In this document: one piece after another, positions 28,064 through 37,732 of the stretch
How the letters are laid out: the number at the start of each line of letters is the position of its first letter
Position numbering within the stretch: position 1 is the stretch's first letter
Assembly (NCBI GenBank): GCA_042584405.1
Contig: JBHOSR010000001.1
Location: 12,363-76,362, forward strand
Reading direction: 5' to 3'
Origin: Bacteroidota bacterium
GTDB lineage: Bacteria > Bacteroidota > Bacteroidia > Bacteroidales > UBA12077
Length of the DNA stretch: 64,000 nt
Translations under genes and position numbers: made by a program
Notes under the pieces: generated by a model
Seen by the model: only the letters and a program-made list of their open reading frames with translations
Told to the model about the DNA's origin: nothing
Databases searched by the model: none

Positions 28064-29142
28064 TGACAGATAAAATTCCGCTTAAGAAAAAAATAGCGTT
28101 GGAGCTATATCGTAAGTATAAAAAAAACACAACTAAACTCCACAAACTTTCTTATTTATTCTGGGAATGCACACTTAGATGCAATCTAAATTGTCGTCAT
28201 TGTGGGAGTGACTGTAAAACCAATCCAGAACAAAAAGATATGGCAGCAGAAGATTTTCTGAAAGCAATTGATCAAATAAAGCCTCATGTTAATCCTAACG
28301 AATTAATTATTGCAATTACAGGTGGTGAACCATTACTGCGAAGCGATTTAGAGATGGTTGGAAAAGAATTACACAATCGAGGTTTTCCATGGGGAATTGT
28401 AACAAATGGATACCTTCTTTCCAAGGACCGCTTGGTTTCATTATTAAAATCAGGACTAAGATCAATTACTATAAGTTTAGATGGACAAAAAGAATCGCAT
28501 AATTGGTTACGAGGTAATAATCAAAGTTATATTAAAGCATTAAATGCAATTGGTTTGGTTTCATCAGTTAAGGATTTAGTGTTTGATGTTGTATCTTGTG
28601 TTAATCAGAAAAATATTGATGATCTTCCAATACTAAAAGACTTGCTTGTTAATTTAGGAGTAAAAAATTGGCGATTATTTACAATATCTCCGATCGGAAG
28701 AGCAAAAGAAGATGATTTATTGCATCTTAATCCAGATCAATTTAAGGAGTTGTTTGAATATATAAAAACAATCAGAAAAGAAGGCGAAATTAAGGCAAGT
28801 TATGGTTGTGAAGGCTTTCTAGGAAGCTATGAAAGCGAGGTTCGCGATAATTTTTTCTTTTGCAGAGCAGGAGTAAATATAGCCTCCGTTTTAGTTGATG
28901 GTTCCATTTCTGCTTGCCCAAACTTACGTAGTAATTTTGTTCAAGGGAATATTTACGAAGATGATTTTATGGATATTTGGAACATAAAATTCAGTGAGAT
29001 GCGAAATAGAAAGTGGACATATAAAGGAGTTTGCGCAGATTGTAATCATTACAAATATTGTAACGGAAATGGCCTTCATTTATACACCGAAGATAAAGAA
29101 TTGACGTTTTGCCATTTAGAGAAACTCTTACATTCAAATTAA
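28063..29142 (+). CDS. Radical SAM enzyme with C-terminal SPASM-type auxiliary cluster domain
   Basis: 359 aa. CNLNCRHC (CxxxCxxC), GGEPLL, and C-terminal Cys motifs FFCRAG...ISACPN...CADCNHYKYCNGNG. Confidence 0.85.
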   Translation: MTDKIPLKKKIALELYRKYKKNTTKLHKLSYLFWECTLRCNLNCRHCGSDCKTNPEQKDMAAEDFLKAIDQIKPHVNPNELIIAITGGEPLLRSDLEMVGKELHNRGFPWGIVTNGYLLSKDRLVSLLKSGLRSITISLDGQKESHNWLRGNNQSYIKALNAIGLVSSVKDLVFDVVSCVNQKNIDDLPILKDLLVNLGVKNWRLFTISPIGRAKEDDLLHLNPDQFKELFEYIKTIRKEGEIKASYGCEGFLGSYESEVRDNFFFCRAGVNIASVLVDGSISACPNLRSNFVQGNIYEDDFMDIWNIKFSEMRNRKWTYKGVCADCNHYKYCNGNGLHLYTEDKELTFCHLEKLLHSN

Positions 29143-29234
29143 TATTAGACATTATTGACTTTCTCTATAATTTCCTTAAATTTGGTAGGAACTTTATCTT
29201 GCAATTATTAACTTTAATATAAATTAAAAAATAG

Positions 29235-29771
29235 ATGAAAATGGGAGCTGGTTTATTTTGGGGATTATTACTAATTCTTATTGGTATTGGAATTGTAATT
29301 CGAGTTGTTTTTAACATCAATATCCCCGTCGTAAAATTTGTAATTGCATTCTTCTTTATTTTTATTGGAATTAAATTGCTAGTTGGGAATTTTAACTTTT
29401 GGGATAATCGTGGTGATGAAAATACAACCATATTTAGTGAAAGTAGAATAGATGGGCTAAGTGAGGATTTTAAAGAATACAATATAGTTTTTGGTAGTTC
29501 AGTTATTGATCTTAGAGATGTTGATTTAACTAACGGATCAAAAGAGATTAAAATCAATACTATATTTGGCGCTACAATTGTAAAAATCGATGAAAAAACT
29601 CCGGTAAGAATAAAAGCTGATGCAGCATTTGCTTCTGCTAAATTACCAAATGGCGATACTGCTGCTTTTGGTACTGGAAAATATGAAAGTGAAACTTTTT
29701 CTAAAGATTCAAATTATATTTATATTAAATGTGATGTTGTGTTTGGTGGCTTCGAAGTTAGAACGTATTAA
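29235..29771 (+). CDS. LiaF-like (DUF2154 / toast-rack type) membrane protein
   Basis: 178 aa. Two N-terminal TM helices. C-terminal repeats VFGSSVIDLRDVDL...IFGATIVKIDEKTPVRIKADAAFASAKL...DVVFGGFEV resemble the LiaF C-terminal domain. Confidence 0.55.
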   Translation: MKMGAGLFWGLLLILIGIGIVIRVVFNINIPVVKFVIAFFFIFIGIKLLVGNFNFWDNRGDENTTIFSESRIDGLSEDFKEYNIVFGSSVIDLRDVDLTNGSKEIKINTIFGATIVKIDEKTPVRIKADAAFASAKLPNGDTAAFGTGKYESETFSKDSNYIYIKCDVVFGGFEVRTY

Positions 29772-29797
29772 AAATACAAGAAATAATGAAATAAAAG

Positions 29798-29823
29798 TAG
29801 GTTCACAGAATTCTGTGAACCTA
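29798..29823. terminator. Bidirectional terminator (perfect palindrome) between convergent genes
   Basis: TAGGTTCACAGAATTCTGTGAACCTA, a 26-nt perfect palindrome. TTTTT follows on the plus strand and an A-rich tract precedes it. Confidence 0.8.
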
Positions 29824-29875
29824 TTTTTCATGAAGAAAATTTTAATTTTCTTGTTTGGCTTTATGTATTGAGTAA

Positions 29876-30424
29876 TTACTTTTTTATATAATCAAATGCT
29901 TTTGATATTGATTCTTTTACTTTACTAAAATTTTCTTCGACTCCACTTTTTATTTTTTGCCAATTTTCATCTTGTGATTCTTTTAATTCAACCAACTTAT
30001 CTTCAAGAACCTTTTTTTGTTTTTTAATATTTTCTATCTGATCTTTAAGTTTTAGCTTTAATTCTTCATTAGCGTTTTTAGCTTTAATTTCCAATTCATC
30101 AATTTTATTAGAAAAATCATCTATCCATATTTCTGCTTTATCAGAAAAACTTTGCTTATCAGCATTAACGATTTCAATAAATTCTTCAAATTCAGAAACA
30201 ATTACTTCCCACTGATCTTTGCTAGCATTTTTTAAGTCATCAAATTTTTTATCTAGTATTTCCCTTTGACTCTTCAGCGATTTAATTTTACGGTCCAGGT
30301 CCTCTAACCCACTTCTGGCACTGAGCTTTGCTTCAAGTGCTTTAGCTTCGAGTTCATATATCTTAGCTTTTAATTGTTTAATAATTATTTCCGCCCTACT
30401 TTCATATTCTTTTCTTTCTTTCAT
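29876..30424 (-). CDS. Hypothetical coiled-coil protein (K/E-rich)
   Basis: 182 aa, heptad-like K/E/L composition. No enzymatic motif recognised. Confidence 0.5.
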   Translation of the reverse strand: MKERKEYESRAEIIIKQLKAKIYELEAKALEAKLSARSGLEDLDRKIKSLKSQREILDKKFDDLKNASKDQWEVIVSEFEEFIEIVNADKQSFSDKAEIWIDDFSNKIDELEIKAKNANEELKLKLKDQIENIKKQKKVLEDKLVELKESQDENWQKIKSGVEENFSKVKESISKAFDYIKK

Positions 30425-30580
30425 AATTCATTTCATTTTATTGATTTGATATTTAGAGTTATAAGATACAGAAATTTGTGACCAAAATCAAGAGAAAAGT
30501 TTGTAGTAATAAATCGATTTTTAAAGAATTTTTTTAGAATAGAAATAGGGAAAGTATCTGAATTATTCGAACAAATGTCT

Positions 30581-30588
30581 TAAGTTTG
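30581..30588 (+). promoter_or_regulatory. Bacteroidota-type -7 promoter box (TAnnTTTG) upstream of coaD
   Basis: TAAGTTTG, 25 nt upstream of the coaD ATG. Confidence 0.45.
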
Positions 30589-30612
30589 TTATATAAACTT
30601 AAAAACCTAATC

Positions 30613-31077
30613 ATGGAAAAGGTTGCTGTATTCCCTGGATCTTTCGATCCTTTTACTGTTGGACACGAATCTGTTGTTAATAGAGCACAAGTTTTATTCG
30701 ATAAAATATATATCGCTGTAGGATTTAATCCCAAAAAGGATGCATTATTTTCTTTAGAGGATAGAAAGGATTTTATTAACCAGGTATTTAATAGTAATAA
30801 TAAAATTGAAGTGGTTCATTTCGAAGGATTAACAATTAATTTTTGTAAGAAAGTAGGAGCTGGGTATATTCTCAGGGGATTAAGAACTGCTGCTGATTTT
30901 GAATACGAAAGAGCAATTGCACAAGTTAATAAAGCGATGTATGAAAATATTGAAACAGTATTCTTTTTAACAATGCCAGAACATACCCCGATTAATTCTT
31001 CAATTGTAAGGGATATAGTTCGACACGGGGGAGATATAAGTAAGTTTATACCTTCAAAAATGAAAATTAAAAAATAA
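30613..31077 (+). CDS. coaD: Phosphopantetheine adenylyltransferase
   Basis: MEKVAVFPGSFDPFTVGH (the nucleotidyltransferase T/HxGH motif) and SSIVRDI. The track ORF starts at an upstream TTG (30586). Confidence 0.9.
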   Translation: MEKVAVFPGSFDPFTVGHESVVNRAQVLFDKIYIAVGFNPKKDALFSLEDRKDFINQVFNSNNKIEVVHFEGLTINFCKKVGAGYILRGLRTAADFEYERAIAQVNKAMYENIETVFFLTMPEHTPINSSIVRDIVRHGGDISKFIPSKMKIKK

Positions 31078-31087
31078 ACAAAATGTA

Positions 31088-32494
31088 ATGCTAAAAAGTA
31101 AATTACTACTATTCCTTCTAGTATTTCCAATTACAATATTTTCTCAGGAAGTTATATTAAAAGGCACAGTCCCTGATTATGCAGGTAAAACATTTACATT
31201 TTGTACATTTTCTAATCAAATTACACACTCTAAAAAAGAACTATGTTATACTAGAGTTGATGAAATCGGAAGTTTCAAGTGTTCCTTCAAAACAGAAAAA
31301 ACCATTTATGTATTTATAAATTTAGGAGTGTATGAAGCATTTCTGTTTGTAGAACCTGGAAAGGAATATGATCTTTTATTACCTGAAATAAAAGAAAAAA
31401 CTATTGCAGATGAACTGAATCCATATTTCAAACCTATTCAGTATCATATTGGCATTACTAATTCTTCCGAAACAGAATTAAATTATCAGCTTGCTTATTT
31501 CAATTCAGTTTATTCTCAAATGATTGAGGATAATTCAATTTTAATTTTTAACAAATCAAGAGATTTAGACGTAAATGGTTCAATTCAAAAGACAGATTCC
31601 TTGTTTTCTAGCATTGATAATAGATTCTTTAAGGATTTTAAGAAATATAAACATGCATCTTTTCGACATTTATCTTACCAGGAAAAAATGAAGAGTATCT
31701 CCAATACGTATTATCTTAATAATGAGGTATTATATCATAATCCAGCATATATGGATTTATTCAACCAGGTTTATGATGAATATTTTTTATTTTTTGGAAG
31801 AACAGAAACCGGGAAACAGATTTATACTGATATCGAGAAATTGAAAAGTATATCAGCTCTGAAGAAAACCTTAGGACAGGATTCAATTTTAACAAACAAC
31901 ACCTTAAAAGAATTAGTAATTCTAAAATGTTTGCACGACGAATTTTATAACGATAAATTCTCGCGCTCAGCTATGTTGACAATTTTAGATTCGCTTGCTC
32001 TTCAAACAGAAATAAATGAACATAAACTAATTTCAGCTAATATTAGGGAAAAAGTTACAAAACTTATGATAGGTTATAGTCCTCCAAGTTTTGAATTGTA
32101 TGATATTGATAGTAATATAATATCCCTGGATTTATATGACGGGAAGTATGTTTATTTAGGATTCTGCACAACAATAAGCTATGGTTGTATTAAGGAATTT
32201 GGGATGCTTCAAAAACTTTACGAAAATCACAAAGATCATTTCGAAATAATAATGATATGTATGGATGAGAGTTTTTCCCAAATGAAGAGATTCGTTGAAT
32301 TGAAAGGATATTCTTTCAAATTTTTGTATTTTGGTAACCAGTCTGAAGTTTTTAAGGACTATGATATCCGCGCTTTTCCAACATATTACTTTATTGATAA
32401 AAATGGAAAACTTTCAATTTCTCCAGCCCCATCACCCGATCAAAATGCAGAATTTGTCATTTTCCAGAAAATGAGAGCTAATAAAGACATCTAG
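31088..32494 (+). CDS. Secreted protein with C-terminal thioredoxin-fold (TlpA/ResA-like) domain
   Basis: 468 aa with a signal peptide. C-terminal GKYVYLGFCTTISYGC...AFPTYYFIDKNGKL resembles TlpA, but the WCxxC motif is replaced. Confidence 0.55.
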   Translation: MLKSKLLLFLLVFPITIFSQEVILKGTVPDYAGKTFTFCTFSNQITHSKKELCYTRVDEIGSFKCSFKTEKTIYVFINLGVYEAFLFVEPGKEYDLLLPEIKEKTIADELNPYFKPIQYHIGITNSSETELNYQLAYFNSVYSQMIEDNSILIFNKSRDLDVNGSIQKTDSLFSSIDNRFFKDFKKYKHASFRHLSYQEKMKSISNTYYLNNEVLYHNPAYMDLFNQVYDEYFLFFGRTETGKQIYTDIEKLKSISALKKTLGQDSILTNNTLKELVILKCLHDEFYNDKFSRSAMLTILDSLALQTEINEHKLISANIREKVTKLMIGYSPPSFELYDIDSNIISLDLYDGKYVYLGFCTTISYGCIKEFGMLQKLYENHKDHFEIIMICMDESFSQMKRFVELKGYSFKFLYFGNQSEVFKDYDIRAFPTYYFIDKNGKLSISPAPSPDQNAEFVIFQKMRANKDI

Positions 32495-32502
32495 ATTCAA
32501 TC

Positions 32503-33117
32503 CTATTTTACCCCATTTTTATTAAACACCTCAATAATTGAAGGAAAGGTATTTAAAAAAACTTCATTTAGACTTTTAGTATTAAACCATCTTACCTCAG
32601 TTATTTCTTCTTCGGTTTGTGGTTTTGGTTCCTCATTACCTTTGTACAACATTACGTACCAGTAAGTTCTTTTTAGAATATCTTTGTTTTTTAGTTTATA
32701 GGTATGATATGTAATTTCAAGAAGTTTTTGAATTTCAAGATCTCCTAATCCGCATTCTTCTTCTACTTCACGCAATGCAGCAAGCTCAGGAACCTCGTTT
32801 CTTTCTAATTTCCCTTTAGGCAGATCCCATTTTCCTCGCCGAAAAATTAACAAGTAATTTTCATTGTCTGTTTTAACCAATCCTCCTGCAGCTTCTATCA
32901 GTTTATAAAGTTTTTTAAATTTATTAAAAGCAAAATCAATATCCCTATGAACAACGTACAGCTCTATTAACTCTTGATTATTTAAAAAAATATTAATTGC
33001 AGATTTTAGCTGTTTTTTGTTTTTAAAATAATGAATTTTATTGTCATTTTGCTCGATATAATTTAGATCATTATCGATAAAAAAAACTGTTCGATCGTTG
33101 TAAAAAACTTTATACAT
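32503..33117 (-). CDS. NUDIX hydrolase
   Basis: 204 aa. Nudix box GKLERNEVPELAALREVEEECG. Confidence 0.8.
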   Translation of the reverse strand: MYKVFYNDRTVFFIDNDLNYIEQNDNKIHYFKNKKQLKSAINIFLNNQELIELYVVHRDIDFAFNKFKKLYKLIEAAGGLVKTDNENYLLIFRRGKWDLPKGKLERNEVPELAALREVEEECGLGDLEIQKLLEITYHTYKLKNKDILKRTYWYVMLYKGNEEPKPQTEEEITEVRWFNTKSLNEVFLNTFPSIIEVFNKNGVK

Positions 33118-33124
33118 TTGCGGT

Positions 33125-33757
33125 ATGGAAAATTTAGAAAAAAAGATTGCAAAATCTCTATTGCAAATTAAGGCAATTAAGTTGCAACCTGCAAATCATT
33201 TTACATGGGCTTCGGGTTGGAAATCTCCAATCTATTGTGATAATAGAAAGACTTTATCATATCCTGAAATAAGAAATGAAATTCGCGATGGATTCGTACA
33301 AGTTATAAAAGAAAAATATGATACTCCAGATGCAATTGCGGGCGTTGCTACAGGAGCTATTGCCATTGGAGTTTTGGTTGCGGAAGCAATGAATTTGCCA
33401 TTTGTATATGTAAGGCCAAAACCAAAGGAACACGGTTTAGGAAATATGATAGAAGGTGAAATAACTGAAGGGAAAAAGGTAGTTGTAATAGAGGATTTAA
33501 TTTCAACCGGAAAAAGTAGTTTGAAGGCTATAGAAGCACTTCGTGATGCAAAGGTTAAGGTTCTTGGAATGGTTGCAATTTTTACATACGGGTTTCAAAT
33601 TTCAGAAAAAAATTTCGAACAAGCTAAAATAACCTTAAGCACATTAAGTAACTATGAGGTGCTAATTAATAGTGCATTAGAATCAAATTATATAAAAGAA
33701 TCAGATTTGGAAACCCTTAAAAATTGGAGAATAAATCCTGAAAAATGGGGGAATTAG
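33125..33757 (+). CDS. pyrE: Orotate phosphoribosyltransferase
   Basis: 210 aa. PRPP-binding motif KVVVIEDLISTGKSS. The N-terminal region is typical of PyrE. Confidence 0.9.
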   Translation: MENLEKKIAKSLLQIKAIKLQPANHFTWASGWKSPIYCDNRKTLSYPEIRNEIRDGFVQVIKEKYDTPDAIAGVATGAIAIGVLVAEAMNLPFVYVRPKPKEHGLGNMIEGEITEGKKVVVIEDLISTGKSSLKAIEALRDAKVKVLGMVAIFTYGFQISEKNFEQAKITLSTLSNYEVLINSALESNYIKESDLETLKNWRINPEKWGN

Positions 33758-33781
33758 TTAAGCATTAAATTAAGAAACTAA

Positions 33782-34210
33782 ATGAATAAATATACCAGTA
33801 AAATAGGAAAGATAAATAAGTCTGATGAATTGATTTATAATTTTTTAACCGACTTTAATAACTTAAAATCAGTGATTCCGCAAGATAAGGTGAAAGATTT
33901 CGAAGCAACAGAGGATTCTTGTAAATTCACGATAGATGGAGTTGGACAGGCTGGATTAAAAATTATTGTAAAAGAGCCAAATAAGCTTATAAAAATTACA
34001 AGCGATGGAAAATCACCATTTAGTTTCTTTTTCTGGATTCAATTAAAACCAGTCGAAAACTCTGAAAATATTACAGCCATTCGCTTAACAATTGATGCTG
34101 ACCTAAATCCAATGATGAAAATGATGGTTGGTAAACATCTCCAAAAAGGACTTGATGCAATTGCAGATCAAATAGTTGTATTCTTTAACGAAAAGGTGAA
34201 AGAAGAGTAA
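33782..34210 (+). CDS. SRPBCC (START/polyketide-cyclase-like) family hypothetical protein
   Basis: 142 aa with a size and secondary-structure pattern typical of SRPBCC proteins. Weak motif support only. Confidence 0.4.
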   Translation: MNKYTSKIGKINKSDELIYNFLTDFNNLKSVIPQDKVKDFEATEDSCKFTIDGVGQAGLKIIVKEPNKLIKITSDGKSPFSFFFWIQLKPVENSENITAIRLTIDADLNPMMKMMVGKHLQKGLDAIADQIVVFFNEKVKEE

Positions 34211-34211
34211 T

Positions 34212-34952
34212 TTAAATTACAAATTCAACTTCTTTAAAATCAAATTCTTTTTGTTCGTGATTTTCAGTGAGCAGTTGTAAATACCCAAATTCATTTATTC
34301 CTATAATCTTGGCTTTAAAAGATTCGTTTTTAATTTTATACGTAAAAAATTCATTATATCGGTATAAGCACTTTAGATATTCGAAGTTAATTTCGTCATA
34401 TTTTCCAGCTTTTAATTTTTCATAAAAAAACCAAATGTTATTTCTGAGTTTGATAATTTCTTGATTTAATGAATATGTTTTGTGAGTAATTTGTTTAATT
34501 GAAATAGGGTTTGGAGCATCGCTTAAAAAGTTTGTTTGATTAACATTAAGGCCAATACCAACAATGCTCTGATTTATATTTGGGCCTTTAATTACATTTT
34601 CTATTAAAATCCCTGCTAGTTTTCTATCCTGATAATAAATATCGTTGGGCCATTTTATCTTAATGTCGTTTGTCTTAGCAAGAACATAATTAGCAATACC
34701 TAATGAAACTACTTTTGATATAAGGAAGTTTTGATCAATTGGTAAAAAAGTGGGGTAAAGTACAAGACTAATTAGTAGATTTTTACCTTTTTCACTTTCC
34801 CATGAATTACTTCCATGCCCTTTCCCAGAAGTTTGAAACAAAGAAGTTATCATTGATCCTTCCGAATAATCAGCTTCTTTTAAAAGTTTAGCAAAAAAAT
34901 TATTGGTAGAATCAACAGAATTGAAAGTAACTACTTTTTGCCATTCTTCCAT
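34212..34952 (-). CDS. birA: Biotin--[acetyl-CoA-carboxylase] ligase (no N-terminal repressor domain)
   Basis: 246 aa. Motifs QTSGKGHGSNSWES (GRGRxGRxW-like) and KWPNDIYY, GILIE. Confidence 0.85.
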   Translation of the reverse strand: MEEWQKVVTFNSVDSTNNFFAKLLKEADYSEGSMITSLFQTSGKGHGSNSWESEKGKNLLISLVLYPTFLPIDQNFLISKVVSLGIANYVLAKTNDIKIKWPNDIYYQDRKLAGILIENVIKGPNINQSIVGIGLNVNQTNFLSDAPNPISIKQITHKTYSLNQEIIKLRNNIWFFYEKLKAGKYDEINFEYLKCLYRYNEFFTYKIKNESFKAKIIGINEFGYLQLLTENHEQKEFDFKEVEFVI

Positions 34953-35185
34953 TTCTTTTTTATGTAAAGTTATTTCTTATTCTGACAAAAAATTAAAAAA
35001 TCATGACAATTTAATTGAAAAAGACTGAATAACTCCAAAAAGGATGACAATTTTACCGGCTAAACAATTCGATAAATCCAGCTGTTTAAAAGGAATGGTT
35101 TTTGTTCTAAGGAGTCTTTCGGTTCAATAATATTTAAACATTAAGCAGAAGATAAACAAGTTTTAAAAATAAAGGTTAATTTCAT

Positions 35186-35193
35186 TACCTTTG
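35186..35193 (+). promoter_or_regulatory. Bacteroidota-type -7 promoter box (TAnnTTTG) upstream of rsfS-ftsH
   Basis: TACCTTTG, 18 nt upstream of the rsfS ATG. Confidence 0.5.
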
Positions 35194-35210
35194 CACAAAA
35201 ATTAGATTGA

Positions 35211-35597
35211 ATGATTAAACAAAAAAGTGAGAAGCAAACAAATACAAAACAAATAGTTAGCGCAGCAATCGAAGGAATTTTAAAGAAAAAGGGGAAGGAT
35301 GCCGTAAGTTTAGATTTAACAGAAATAGAAAATTCAGTAAGTAAATATTTTATAATATGTCACGGTGACTCAAATACTCAGGTTGAAGCTTTAGCAGATT
35401 CGGTTATAGAAACGGTAAGAGAAGAAACAGGAGAAAAAGCATGGCATAAAGAAGGACTAAATAATGCTACATGGGTTCTACTTGATTACAGTGATGTAGT
35501 AATTCACATATTTCAAAAAGAATATAGAGATTTCTATAAGCTTGAAGAACTTTGGGCTGACGCGAAAGTTACAAAGCATGAGGACATAAATAAATAA
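35211..35597 (+). CDS. rsfS: Ribosome silencing factor RsfS
   Basis: 128 aa. Motifs FIICHGDSNTQVEALADSV, WVLLDYSDVVIHIF, YKLEELW. Confidence 0.88.
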   Translation: MIKQKSEKQTNTKQIVSAAIEGILKKKGKDAVSLDLTEIENSVSKYFIICHGDSNTQVEALADSVIETVREETGEKAWHKEGLNNATWVLLDYSDVVIHIFQKEYRDFYKLEELWADAKVTKHEDINK

Positions 35598-35612
35598 AGG
35601 AGAATTCTAGTA

Positions 35613-37712
35613 ATGAATGAAGATAAACAATATTATAAAAATCCAAAGAATCTTAACGATAAAGATCCCAACAAACCAAAGCCAAAATTTAATGTTTATT
35701 GGATTTATGGTTTAATTGCTGTTGTATTTATTGGATTACAATTTTTAAGTTTTACGCCAAAACCATCTGAAATTTCAATGCAGGAATTTGAGCGTGATAT
35801 GTTTAAAAATGGAGATGTTGAAAAAATTGTAGTTGTAAATAAAGAAAAAGCAAATATTTATATCAAAGAAGATCGATTGAGCGATCCTAAATATAAAGAT
35901 TTACTTGTTAAAAGTCCGTTTTCACGTACTTCAAAAGATGGCCCTCATTTTTATTTTAACATTGGATCAATGGAATATTTTGAGCGGTGGATAAGTGAAG
36001 CTCAAGAAACGTACCTGAAAGGAGAGTATATAGAAATCAGTTATAAAACCCAGCCTAATTATATGCGCGATATTGTTGGGTGGTTACTTCCTATTTTTAT
36101 CATTCTGGCAATCTGGATATTTATATTTAGAAGAATGTCACGTGGCGGTGGAGGAGCCGGTGGAGGTAATATATTTAGTGTAGGAAAGTCTAAAGCTCAA
36201 CTTTTTGATAAAGAAAGTAATATAAAGGTTGATTTTAAGGATGTTGCAGGATTAGAAGAAGCTAAAGTAGAAGTTCTTGAAATTGTCGATTTTCTTAAAA
36301 CTCCTAAAAAATATACTGATTTGGGTGGTAAAATTCCAAAAGGAGTTCTTTTAGTTGGCCCTCCAGGAACGGGAAAAACATTAATGGCAAAAGCTGTTGC
36401 TGGCGAAGCAAATGTTCCATTCTTTTCAATGTCGGGTTCCGATTTTGTTGAAATGTTTGTTGGTGTAGGAGCATCACGTGTTCGCGATTTATTTAAACAA
36501 GCAAAAGAAAAAGCTCCCTGTATTATATTTATTGATGAAGTTGATGCTATTGGTCGTGCACGTGGTCGAAATCCAAATTTTGGAGCAAATGACGAACGTG
36601 AAAATACGTTAAATCAGTTGTTAACTGAGATGGATGGTTTTGGTAACAACGTTGGAGTTATTATAATGGCAGCTACCAATCGTGCTGACATTCTCGATAA
36701 AGCATTAATGAGAGCCGGACGATTTGACCGTCAGATACATTTAGAATTACCTGATATTAATGAACGAAAAGATATCTTCAATGTTCATCTTAAACCAATT
36801 AAACTGGAAAAGCACCTCGATATAGATTTCTTGGCAAAACAAACTCCTGGTTTTTCTGGAGCCGATATTGCCAATGTTTGTAATGAGTCTGCATTAATTG
36901 CGGCACGTAAAGATAAAAAGGTCGTTGAACGTCAAGATTTTCTTGATGCTGTAGATCGTATTGTCGGTGGAATGGAACGTAAAACTAAAATTATTACAAA
37001 AGAAGAGAAACGTACTATTGCATATCATGAAGCAGGGCATGCAACAGTAAGTTGGTTGCTTGAACATGCTCACCCATTGGTAAAAGTTACTATAATACCT
37101 CGTGGTCGTGCACTTGGTGCTGCTTGGTATTTACCCGAAGAAAGACAAATTACAACTCGTGATCAATTATTAGATGAAATGTGTGCTGCACTTGGAGGTC
37201 GAGTTGCCGAAGAATTAATGTTTGGCAAAATATCTACCGGTGCAATGAATGATTTAGAAAAAATAACCAAGCAAGCATATGCAATGATTGCATACTTCGG
37301 CATGAGTGAGAAAGTAGGACACGTAAGTTTTTACGATTCTTCAGGTCAGTACGATATGGGATTTACTAAACCCTATAGCGAAAAAACAGCGGAACTTATC
37401 GATAATGAAGTTAAGAATTTAATCGAAGAAGCTTATAAAAGGTCTATAGAGATATTAAAAAAACATAAAGATGGGCTTACTAAATTAGCGGGCATTCTTT
37501 TAGAAAAAGAAGTAATCTTTACTGAAGATCTGGAAAGAATATTTGGCAAACGTCCTTGGAAAACACATCATGAAAAGGAAGATGAAGTTAAAAAGGAACT
37601 AGAGGAGAAGAGAAAAAAGGAAAATCAAATTAAAGAAGCTGAAAAAAGCTTAAAAGAAAATTCAGTTAAGAATGATACAACTGAAAATTTGGACAAAAAG
37701 AAAGAAAAGTAA
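35613..37712 (+). CDS. ftsH: ATP-dependent zinc metalloprotease FtsH
   Basis: 699 aa. Walker A GPPGTGKT, Walker [12 protein letters not shown] region, zinc motif HEAGHA. Confidence 0.97.
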   Translation: MNEDKQYYKNPKNLNDKDPNKPKPKFNVYWIYGLIAVVFIGLQFLSFTPKPSEISMQEFERDMFKNGDVEKIVVVNKEKANIYIKEDRLSDPKYKDLLVKSPFSRTSKDGPHFYFNIGSMEYFERWISEAQETYLKGEYIEISYKTQPNYMRDIVGWLLPIFIILAIWIFIFRRMSRGGGGAGGGNIFSVGKSKAQLFDKESNIKVDFKDVAGLEEAKVEVLEIVDFLKTPKKYTDLGGKIPKGVLLVGPPGTGKTLMAKAVAGEANVPFFSMSGSDFVEMFVGVGASRVRDLFKQAKEKAPCIIFIDEVDAIGRARGRNPNFGANDERENTLNQLLTEMDGFGNNVGVIIMAATNRADILDKALMRAGRFDRQIHLELPDINERKDIFNVHLKPIKLEKHLDIDFLAKQTPGFSGADIANVCNESALIAARKDKKVVERQDFLDAVDRIVGGMERKTKIITKEEKRTIAYHEAGHATVSWLLEHAHPLVKVTIIPRGRALGAAWYLPEERQITTRDQLLDEMCAALGGRVAEELMFGKISTGAMNDLEKITKQAYAMIAYFGMSEKVGHVSFYDSSGQYDMGFTKPYSEKTAELIDNEVKNLIEEAYKRSIEILKKHKDGLTKLAGILLEKEVIFTEDLERIFGKRPWKTHHEKEDEVKKELEEKRKKENQIKEAEKSLKENSVKNDTTENLDKKKEK

Positions 37713-37732
37713 TAACTGTAAATTTTTTAAGA

